Positions 29,701 to 41,700 of a DNA stretch of 64,000 nucleotides are shown one piece after another. Under the pieces are notes generated by a model. It had not been told where the DNA came from. It worked only from the letters and a program-made list of their open reading frames with translations, and searched no databases. This DNA is from Tubulanus polymorphus (Eukaryota; Animalia; Nemertea). The stretch is from positions 9,389,222 to 9,453,221 of the forward strand of contig NC_134030.1 of assembly GCF_964204645.1 (NCBI RefSeq), given 5' to 3'. Position 1 is the stretch's first letter, and each line of letters opens with the position of its first letter. Position numbers and translations under genes: made by a program.

Positions 29701-32700
29701 GTCTACTTTGAATGCATGACGGTTTCGAGTTTGATGAGTGTGAAAGTGAGAATTCGATGATTTTAGTATTATAGTTACTGTTGTTAGCCCACTTGGGACT
29801 TTAGTCCCAGCGGGCTATTGCGTTCACTTTTCGTCCGTCGTCCGTCCGTCCGTAGACGGAATCCAGTTATTTTGGGAAGTTTTGAAGATGCTTCAAGGTA
29901 ACGTCTTGATATTTGGGTTACACATGTATCTACCCTAGACACATCTTCAGCCCAAAAACTGGCCCTGTCAGAATCAAGATGGCCGACTGGCAGCCATTGT
30001 TGTTCGCCAAAATCAGCACTTTTTACACATTTTTGAACTTTTTGAGGGAAATTTTGAAGACGCTTTGATCAATTACCTTGATCTTTCGGATATATGTAAA
30101 TCCCCCCAGGGCCCATCAACATAACAAAAAATTGGGTCGGTCGGACTCAAGATGGCTGTCCTATGACCTTTTTAGTGCCCAAAAATGTTAATTTTGGCCC
30201 GAATTCTGAGTCCTGTAGCTTCCTACTGGTTTGCCATTTCTCATTACAATTTGTGATGGGTGTTCTTTGGAAAGGGATATTTTATACCTGAGACAGGTAT
30301 TTTTTATCAGCCAATTATGACGCAATTGGCGGCCATCTTGGTGTTACCAGTACTCATTCGTAAGTGGGAAAAAGTTTTTCCACATTATATTGATACCTAA
30401 GCGTATTTTGCTACCACAATCAATTAGAAAGTTGTAGCTCATAACGTGTTCTATGATTGTGGTGAGTTTCAAGGTAATTGGAATTCGTATATGGCCACCA
30501 GGGGGCGTTGAATAATACAATATCTTAGCATTTCTTTATTATATTCGTACCTATGAATATTTTGTAACCACAATCAATTGGAAAGTTGTAGCTCATGACA
30601 TCATCTATGATTGTTGCGAGTTTTAAGGACATTAGTTATTCTATATGGTCACCAGGGGGCGTTGAATAGTAGAATAACTTAGTATTTCCTTATTATATTG
30701 GTACCTAGGCATATTTTGTTACCATGATCAATTGCAAAGTTGTAGTTCATGACATGTTCTATGATTGTGGTGAGTTTCAAGGTCATTGGGTTTTGAATAT
30801 GGTCACCAGGGGGCGTTGAATAGTAGAATGATTTAGTATTTCCATATTAAATTGGTAACGAGGCATATTTTGTTATCACAATCAATTACAAAATCGTAGC
30901 TGCTGACATGTTCTATGATTGTGGTGAGTTTTAAGGTCATTGGTTTTTGTAAATGGTCACCAGGGGGCTTTGAATATTGAAATTGTTAGATTGTTGAGCA
31001 TTTGAAACCACTTCCCAAGTGGGCATGGTGTCCCTGGACCCCTAGTATTACTTATATTGGCCCATCAGTGAAGTCTGGCGTTTCAGTTACGTTGTACAGT
31101 AAAACCTCCCATAGTGAACACCTCTCTGTAGTTAATACCTCCCTTAATGAACATCATTTGGTTCATTTTACCTCCCTATAGTGCACAGTAGTCATGTACC
31201 AACCTGGACCCAGTTCCACAGTTGTGAGTTAGAGTTAACTCTGAGTTAAAATTAATTCATTTTCAATGAGTTAACTCAGGGTCAAATCATAACTCGGAAC
31301 TGTGGAACTGAACCCTGGCTATCAATTGGCCTATTCAAATCACTCATCACTGGCCTGACCCACCCCCTAGTGAACCACTCCAATATTGATATATCGTTTA
31401 CTATAGCGGTGGCGTTTTGCTGTACAAATAATGTGCAATGAACGTGATTTGATTGATCAATTGAATTTCAGCTGCAAATCCAAACAGAAATTGTTCTATA
31501 TTTGAGTTTCGCTGTAACAACGGACACTGTATCCCCGGTTCTTGGGAATGTGATAAAGAAAGCGATTGTCGAGATGCAGAAGACGAAGCCCATTGCATCA
31601 CACGTAAGTGGTTTCTCCGTTGGCAGCTGTCTGTCCATCAACTTTTGCAACTAGTCGTAAAGTTTTCATTCAATCTTTCTAAAACGGACCAAGTCGTGCA
31701 AGCTATTTTATCAATTTGTCTCTCCCTGGGGAGAGATTACTCGAATAAGTAGTCCTACAATTTGGCCATACTAGTAAATACACAGCAGATCTATATCAGC
31801 CAAAGCTGCTTGTTAGGCGGGTGTCGTGGTATCTGAGATGTGTTTTTGAGTTATCCTCCATTGCAGCAGTCGACTGTGCAGTACTCTGTGTATGCAATAC
31901 GTGATCAATACGTAATTACATTCGTAGGTAATCGCACGGCCGGTCCGGACTCGTTCTGCTGCGAATATTCATACAAATGTATACCGAAGATGTGGGCATG
32001 CGATGGCACCGCCGACTGCGAGGACAACAGCGACGAAAAAGACTGTCACCGCGCGAACAGCACAATGACGACGGCGATTCCCACTCGATACGCTTGCTTT
32101 CCGGGTCAATTCCAGTGCGCCGACTCGAGCGGCTGCGTCGAGTCGAGCGGTATTTGTGACGGTCGGCTGGATTGTCTGGACAAAAGCGACGAAACCCTCC
32201 CGCAGTGCAAACACAGTAAGTTTCGATTTCTCAACCTGATGATTGTGCTCGAATTTTCTCCTCGCTGAATCACTGCATCTATTGATGAGCTATTTTGATG
32301 TGTATTGCTTGTAAATAGTTTGGCGACTCTAGTTTCCAGTCTTGATGAATATCGTTAAGAGAAACGCGCTACCGTATATCAATTTAACCCTTTCAGTGCA
32401 TCTACACTGCAGTGCGGTGTATAAATCTGTGATAGATTTTGCTAGTACACCGCACTGCGGTGTATTGATGTAATTAGTAATTAGTAATTATCTCTCTTGA
32501 AAAATGGCAGCACCTGTCAAACGTAGTGAAATACTAGAAACTAACGATACACCGCGCCACGGTGTAGATGCACTATAGTGGTATTCCCGTTATTCAACAC
32601 ACTAGGGTGGAATTTTTTAAAATTTTCAAATTATATCCAGCACTATAGGGTATTGATTAGTCAACACTGAAAGGGTTAAACAATTGTTACAGTTGTTTGA

Positions 32701-35700
32701 ATTGATATTGCGTATTTCTCTCAATAATACATATTGCTTATCGATGTCTTTACTGGCTTGCTTGTACAATAATCATCGCATTTCTTGGGTCTGATGGGAG
32801 ACCTGGGGAAATTGTGTCGATGTACAGGTCTTGTAATATAATCATGATATATGTCCACTAGTTAAGTAAACTGCTGCCACCAGGATTCTAACCATAACCT
32901 ATCGGCCCAGCAGATAAATGAACCGTAAAAAGAAATGAGGATATGAAATGCATATTTTATGAAAAATACTATTGGTAATTTTCATCGACAGCCGGTTGAT
33001 AAAAGAAGAATCTTACATATAAATCAAGTTTTGAACTGCGCTATAACTATATAAATCGTATCGAAGATTTCTCCATACCTCTGTCGTTTATATTTAGGTG
33101 CATGTGTATGGATAAACTCTTCGTTTGTAAAACGTTGAAATTTCTTGTGCATTTTCAGAGTTATACGTCCAGAATTTGGGTGTGAACAAAACCCTCATCG
33201 GTGTCAACAATTTCACGATTGTTTGGGATGCTCCCGCAAATGCTATAGGCCGACTGAAATATCTTCCCCAGCTTCGGTAATTATTACATATTGGACTGCC
33301 GGCTTTTGCGTTCCCTTTTCATCTGTTTGTAAACGTCTGTAAAAGTATTTTGGGAAGTTTTGAAAAACGCTTTGATGTATTGTCTCAGGGTGGCCCCTTA
33401 CCAGGAATTCAGGAAAATCAGGCAAAAGTCGGGGAATTTTCTGTCCATTAAAAGAGTCAAGGAATATTCTGGGAATTTTGTGAAAAAGCTAAAATTTGGG
33501 AAAAGTCAGGAAAATTTGCTAGATCGTGTGTAAAATCTCACAGTTTCCATCTAGTATTTGAATGTTTTGATTGATTGGATTCTTAGCAGATCAAGTCGGG
33601 GAAAAGTCAGGGGAAAGGCAAGTCAAATAAAAGTGGCCACCCTGTGTCTGGATATTTGGTTAATTCATCTATTATCAGGTCACATCTGGAGCCCAAGAGG
33701 TACCTCAATTGGTGAAGATACGATTCTATAGCTGATTTACACTTATCAATTGTTTTTTTCCTCTTTCAATAAGGGTGCAAGACAAACCTTCGTCGCGTTA
33801 CATGAACTTTTCGGAGACGTCCGATCGCCGCTTCACATTCTTACACCTATTGGCGCAAACGAAATACTTGTACCGTGTACGGGTCATCCAGATCGTCAAT
33901 CAAATGAGAATGGTCTATCCACCGCAGCTCATGTTACCGACCGAGACACTTACAGGAAGTAGGTATTAATCATTAAATACAGCAGCTCATCGCGGATTCG
34001 TTATGTCAAAGAATGTAAAAAATGAAAATCAGGCCATTGATAAAGCCGACAGATCAATCAACGAGTAAACACACATTTTGTCGACTGGTATATTTGATGT
34101 GGAACGCTAAAATCTAGACTTACCCAATTGATGTAATGATACCTAATCCTTTTCCTATTTACGCCATCTGGTCATGGGATAGCCGATTGCACAGGGTCCT
34201 ATCGCTGTGACTATAGTCTGATTGTGTAATTTCAGTTCCTTCGAAGCCGCAGTTTTTAACGGCTACTGCAGTACTCTCGCCAAGCGATAAATACAGCGTA
34301 AAAGTCGACTGGAAATCTCCGAAGCAACCGAACGGAGTCATCATAAAATACGTAATCGTGAGTACATTCGATATATTTCATTTATCGATTAGTTTACGAT
34401 AGAAGTAACCGAGAAGACGAAGACTGATAATATTGTAAAATAAGACATTGTTTACTCAGTGATACTTTCATTCTTTGGTTCAGAGACGCATTTGATTTTA
34501 TGTTTTGTGGGTTATTTCTGATTGCTTAGCTATGTGAAACTTAACTTGGGCCACAAGTAATTGATACCTTGTTTCTTATCCTGTGAAAATTTCAAACCTA
34601 GGTGGGTATGCGGAAAACACAATACAAGTGACAAAAAAAACACAAAAATCCTGACTTGACAATATTGTTAAATTTGATGTAGATTCCAAATCTAGATGTG
34701 ACATTTTTCACTAGTGACTCGAATCTAATAGGCATCCCGGCAGCTTCTTCACCGACGGAGTTGCCTTTACAGACATACACGTTCACATCGAGGCTAGTAG
34801 TTTCGACGTTCGGAAGGGACACGGGAAGTGCCTTCTTAATGGCTCCGGGAGGCAATAAGTCAGTGGTTATTAATTTATGATACAATTCTTTAAATGTTAA
34901 TGTGAATTTGTCGATCAAAATCACCTCTACTACTGTCCAAGGAACAAAAGTAGTTCCATATCTGTCGATAATTTTGACGGCCAGCTGGACCACTTCAACC
35001 GACTCGGCCATGATTACCTGATAGATCGCGCAAACACGCAAGCAGTTCTATGATTGGCGCAGAGTACGCGATACGTCAGGTTATTGATTAAGCAGCCAAT
35101 GATATTCCATGAAACATAAACAGATAATCGCGGAGATGACTGATACTCGGTCATGTATTTACCAAAACTTATTTACGAGGTAATTAAACATCTAACAATG
35201 CGATGTTTGTGAAACAGACAACAAAAAACAAGAAACAATAACAAAAAACAATGTTTTGATCAAAGTTTTTTTATTCATAATATTTCTGTGTTTTTGCTAT
35301 GCAGCAAATCGGGATCGTCAGACCTATGCGCGCGGAAGATAAGAAACACGCAGCAATTACTTGTGGCCTTGTGGAACTGGTTCCAGCATGTAATTCTTAT
35401 CTATGGAATGTTTTATGAAATATCATTGGTTAGCTCTATGAAACATTACGTGTGAAACTGGCCTAGAGCATTTGATTAATGTTACTGAGAATACAGTTTG
35501 CATAATAACATAGTGTAACAATCATTATCGCAAAGAATTAATTAAGGATAAGCCAAAAAGGCTTTTACATACTTTTGATATCTATCCGTTATTTTTTGAT
35601 AAATAATTTGTTTTTATCGAATAATTTGCAGTCGGCGATGAAACTTTGGGAGAAGCTGCGTAGCATCACCGTAAATAAAATTCGCAATCCACGCTCGCCA

Positions 35701-38700
35701 AATATCGCTCTCACTGCGGACATCAATGGTCTACCTGTTGGATATAACTACACTATCAGTGTAAGTACTTCAGTCCATGTAGATGGCCACTCATTTCTGT
35801 CTGAATAGTTAACCTGGCAAGTTTCCTAAAACTCGTTCTAAATGGATAATGTTTTCAAAGGTGCATGATATAAACTCCTTTGATATGAGCAAAATATCTG
35901 AAACTCCATTAAAACTTCTTCAATGTTTAGAAATAGGCTATTAGAAATATTTGTGTAGTTTGTAGTTGTTCGGTAAACTACCGGTACGCTTAAATTTGTA
36001 ACGTTGGGACTGGGACTTGTGTCTACCCAATAAAGCGGTTAACAAATTAGGAACTGAGTTTAGGTAGTAATGAGGATAAAAATGATAAAACCACTAAATA
36101 AATGGTTTTCTGAGAAAAAAAGTAACAAATTTGGGAGGTGTCCACAGTAATTGGGATATAAAAATGGTGCAGACACTTCCTCAAAATTTTTCCTTGAAAA
36201 TGTCTATCCAGGAATGACTTCCGTAGGGAACCTGCTTGGAAGTGCTCAATGTGATACTTATAAACAACTGAGGCTTGTGGCGTGAAAGAGGGTATTTGTA
36301 CTAATATTTGTACAATGTAGGTTACACCATGGACGAACGCTGGCCCTGGTCCGACTGCGAGAACGTTCATATTTTTAGAGGAAGGTGCGGTTATCCGTTC
36401 GGTCGATGTATCCACGATAACCGCGGTTCCGACTGCCACGACCGTGAAGGTTTATTGGAAACCGCCGCAAACCAAATCCAGCATAAAGGGTTACTACGTG
36501 AATTTGGTGGCGACAAAGACCCATGAAGCGAAGACATGCGTCGCCCCACCGACTGTTAAAAACTGTTCCTGTTCGTGTAAGTTTATATGTGTTGTCCTTT
36601 TATTTGGCATTGATCGTAGTGCTCTGAATCTAATCTTGAAATGATGGCATCATTATGTTGAAATATATCCAAATCGTCGGGCTTGCTACAGTAGACTACG
36701 CACGGGTTGGAGCCGATCGACTTGGATAACCGACGTAATATCGAAACTTTATAAAACATACACACGCATCAAGTTCTGAAAACCCGACAGGGGTAACAGG
36801 GGCTTCTCGGTTATGAAAATTTCTCCTGAATTTTCTCAGCAGTAACAATGATAAACCGTGTAATAACTAACATTTCAAACGGTTCCCAGGCGTCATGTTC
36901 CAACATTTTATGAAATAGGGCTTGAAATTCGTGTAACTTACCGGTATTGACCTAGCATTTTTCCGTCTTTCTCCGAAATTAGTTACCAATCTAGCATGTG
37001 ACACGGAATATCAGATAACCATACAGATATACAACAACATCAATACGGGTTCGGAAAGCGGTCGCCGATATATCAAAACGCTCGGACAGTCGCCAGGAAT
37101 CCCCAAGTACTTGCGCGCTGAATTAGCTGGAAACACCGCCGTAACGATATCATGGGTTCCTCCATCAGTTCATTCAAAACCCTTCGTAAGTCAGTAACAT
37201 AATTCTGCTAAAAGTTAAACTGCATAATGTAATTCTGCTAAAAGTTAAACCGCATAATGCGGGAAATTGTGGACTGAGGAAATAGGTCGGCATGATGCAA
37301 AATGCAGATGAAAAATCATATTCTACGAAGTGCGAGTGACTGATGGAAATTGCAAATTGTATAGATATCTGGATCTCTGGATCTCATCTGAATTAAAACG
37401 TTTAACTACCAATGGTAAAACAACATATTATTTTCTCATTTGGTTTGATAGGTATACACGGTTTTCTACGATCACGACAACAGTCACATGACGGAATGGA
37501 ACTTGGGAATATTCTCGCTCAACGCGACCACTCGATCGACGCAGTTCACGGTCAGGAACTTGCACGCCTGCGAAGAATACAGTTTCCGCGTGCAGATCAC
37601 CGGTCCCACGTGCCCCGGGCCACTGAGCAGCCCGACTGCGATCAGGACTGTATTCGGTAAGAGGTTTTTATATGAAGCATGAATCAGTTAAGCCTCAATG
37701 ATTAAAGATTGCTCATGGGAATACGTATAGTTGGTTAAAGATATCTTGCGTATAAATATCATAGTAACAATGGACTTTCGATTTGTGTCAATGTCAACTA
37801 TCCACTGATTAACTGTAAGCAACTTTTACACAACTGGACCCTGGTGTCATGTAGTTGACAGCAAATGCAAATCTCTTTAAGAAAAAATTTTTTTTTAAAG
37901 TTAGCTGTTGACTGCTGTAAATTGTACTGATCATGGTACTCAGAAATTATTCATCATGTTTAAATTCTGAATTTATTGACGATTTCTTTTTAGATGCGAC
38001 CGCTCCACCAAAGTATTTGAAAGTGATTTCGCAGACACCAAAGCTTATCAATATAACTTGGGAAGCGGCGTGTGACTTTGTCACCACTCCGATGGTATGA
38101 TCATTAACTCTTTCAAATCTAAAACTTGAAGGACAATTCATTCAATTTGTCGACAGAACGTTCAAACGATAAATAGTTTAGTCAATCGATAGACAGCAGT
38201 ATCAATTGATAGACAGAACATTCAAATGATTGATAATTTATTCAATTGATGGAGAGTTCATTCAATTGATAGGCGGTTGTTTCAATTTATAGACAGAACA
38301 TTCAATTGATATGCAGTAGTTTCAATTGATAGGCAATAGTTTCAATTGATATGTAGAACATTCAATTGATAGATAGTTTATTCAATTGATATGCAGTAGT
38401 TTCAATTGATAGGCAATAGTTTCAATTGATATGTAGAACATTCAATTGATATGTAGAACATTCAATTGATAGATAGTTTATTCAATTGATATGTGGTAGT
38501 TTCAATTGATAGGCAGTAGTTTCAATTGATAAATAGTTTATTCAATTGATATGTAGTAGTTTCAATTGATAAATAGTTTATTCAATTGATATGTAGTAGT
38601 TTCAATTGATAGGCAGTAGTTTTAATTGATAAATAATTTATTCAATTGATGGAAATTTCATTCAATTGATAGGCAGTCATCATCATCTGTCGGCTGCAGC

Positions 38701-41700
38701 GCAGGCGACCACAAGTCTCCGCCAACTGACTCGATCTTGGGCTATGCGAACTATCTCTCTCTCATCGGCACCTCCGAGGAGACTCTGGATGTAGCCCAGG
38801 AAGCTGAGACGAGGACACCCTACTCGGCGTTTCCCATGGGATGGTACATATAGGCAGTAGCGTCGTGCTGGTTCTTCTTCTGGCATGCGGAGGAGGTGAC
38901 CTATGAACATAAGCTGCCGTTTGATGACATGCTCCATCAGAGGTCTCGTCCCAGTGTCTCTATAGATTGTTGCGTTTGAGACATGGTCGCTCTTTTTAAT
39001 GCCAAGCATAATGCGATAGCATGATGTAGCGAAAGCATTGATCTGATCTGCTATTTCAGAGGTAGCTATCCAGGACTCGCTGCCGTAAAGCAAGACTGTT
39101 CTGCAGGAAGTATTGAAAAGGCGGATTTTGGTGTTAATTTGCTTCTCTAGAGCCTTTCCAGTTTCCAGAAGGCGGTCCAGGCCAGAGCCTTTCTTCTTTT
39201 GAAGTCGGACTTGCTGTTGGCCGTCATAGAGCCCAAGTATTTGGAGTCATTTACTCTGGCGATTTCCTCCCCATAGACTTTAAGTGATTGGCTTGAGTTG
39301 CACCCAGAGCTCATGAATTCAGTATTTCCGTCGAGTACTGTACCCTTTCCTATGGTTTTTGCCAATATTTTCTAAATTTGGATTTATCGCCAATGGTTTT
39401 TCTATACGACCCGGCCCTGCGGTATTGCATTTAGCCACCGGCGAAATCCGTCATCTTTTTTCTTGGCGTTCTCGCAGTAGAACGCGTTGGATTTTTTCGC
39501 CGTAAAAATCTGGGAATTAGGATATTAGGGAGTTTTCACTCTCGTAACGGTGAGTCCGTTCGGTTTGGGGGTTATCCCTGATTTCTTTTTTTCCGAAAGA
39601 ATTTTATTTACAAATATAATTTGATTGAATTGAATTGAATTGTTTTGATTTGTAACAGGATAATTATGCCACCCCCTCCTAAGGGTCAGCATTTGTTTGG
39701 CACGATTCATGTGCGTCGTGCAGGCGCAAATCCGGTCAAATATGTGCAAGGAGCAATCCTTGCAATATTTGCGTCGTGTGGTCCGAGGACCTTTGGCTTC
39801 GGGCCGATAAGGCTCTTAAACTAAGAGATCGTCGTCGAGTTAGCAGGGATTCGTCGGTTTCGGCCGATGTGCCAACCGACGTTTCTAATCCTGTTTCTTA
39901 TCGTAAAGCGGAGCGGTCGCCGGTCGTTCAGGTACGATCGGCTTCCCAACTCCGTTCACCGGGGAGGAACGCTGGTTCACCGGCACCGGTCTCCGGTCAT
40001 TCACCGGTCTCTGGTCGTTCACCGGTTCGGCCGGTTCGGCCGGTTCAGACTACATGTTCGGAACCGAGCGCGCGCCGCGGTAGTCGCGAACGGCCCGCAC
40101 CGGTTCAGTCGGTACCGGTCCGGGTCGGGCATCGGTCCGGTTCGGTCCGGTTCGGCCACCGGTCCGGTCCAGACGTCGTCCGGTTCAAAACATCCGGTAC
40201 GTTCATCGTCTGATTCTGATCGTCGCTCCGGGGATAGAGCTCGCTCTCCCACTAGATTTAGACGCCGGGAGCGTAATAAACGAGCAAGATCTCCTTCTCG
40301 CAGATCAAGGTTTGATCGCGAGAGGGACAACGATCGTTATTGTCGGAAGTTTCGCCGTCGGTCTTCTCATCGTTCGTCGACGTCGGTTAGCGATGAAAGC
40401 GATTCTTCTAGTAGGTCGCGATCCCGTTCGAGGGACCGTCACCGAAGTCGGCATGATCGTCGGGATACTGGAAAATACCTGACTCAGAAGGATTTCCATG
40501 TATTTGAGGAGAAAATTTTAAACTTGTTATCTTCGTCGCAACAAGTCGCTGCAACTTCTACAACAGGTAAGCCTATTCCTGATTGTCCGGTTAGAAGTTC
40601 GCCAGCCCACTCAGTTTTTCGGAATTCTGACTCTGAATTCCTGGATGCTGCGGTAGGGTCTGATTTCAATGAGGATCCGGTCCCAGAGGCGGCAATTCCT
40701 TCTGGGGTCGTTCCTGTCGCAAGCAATTGTGGGTTGCCCCAGACGATGGGGGCTTCCCTGGCTCGCAATGTATCTCCGTCCCGTTCAGTTTTATCCGAAC
40801 CAGCGGGGGACATGCCATTTAGAGCGATGATAAGTGAGTTCTTTGTCAAGCCAGGGCAACTCGCGCTAAGCCCACAGCAGCTCCTCTGGTCGGTGAGTCA
40901 ATGGAAGCTTATCGCCCTCCGGACTCCGATCTTAACGTTTTACGGGAATCGTCAGCGGTTTCGAGAGAATGGGCTCGATTGGATACGCAATTATGGGGTG
41001 AATGTCGGCCTGGAACTTTTTCATTTCCCCCTCCAGAACGGGGTATGAAATCTGGGAAATATTTTAGTTCAACCGATCCACCTATAGGCGCATTTCGCTC
41101 GGCGTATTACGCAACTCCAGGTGCTGTGGATCACAGTCATAACTGCCTGGATGCTGATTATACTTTGATCAGCCCGGATACTGTTACAGCACAGTCGGGT
41201 ATTCGTTTGCCTAAGTCCGGTTTGGTGGCCATGACGTCAATCCTGGACAATCTTACCAGGGTTGGTTCGTTTCAAGATATGGCACTTAAGGTGTTGACGG
41301 GTGAGCTTCGCGAGACTCACGCCGCCGTTCATGCGGGCTCCGACCCAGAGTCAGTTGCCCTAAAACTGGAGGGAATGGACCGGATTATCCAATCTTTGGC
41401 TCGGTCTGTTTCGCATGTAATTCCGTTGTCGGTTCGGGGTCAGGCTAATCTGGTGTTAGCCTCCCGTCAGTCAGTGATGGACTCCAGTGGCAAAATTCGT
41501 CTACCGGATATGGTGTCCAATGCTTTGCTGAGAGCCCCATTGGGGACGTCTTCACGTCTCTTCTCCGGTTGGTGCGCTCCGGTTTCCGCAGAGCTGAGGA
41601 AGATTCGGGAGGTTGAGGCCAAGTCCAACCCCCGAACTCCGTGGAAAAAGCGTTCTGGTCCGACGCCGGCGGCGCAAGGTTCGGCACGGACGCAAACAGG

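Noticed and set aside
38135-38677. Constant-plus-variable 20-bp array resembling a CRISPR array
   Set aside because: Units are too short, the variable halves recur, there are no cas genes, and it lies in a eukaryotic intron; it is a minisatellite.
40567-40850. Intron that would repair the last gag frameshift
   Set aside because: The phases are compatible, but a single-G deletion (MISE/VLCQ) explains the shift and the skipped region looks like coding sequence.
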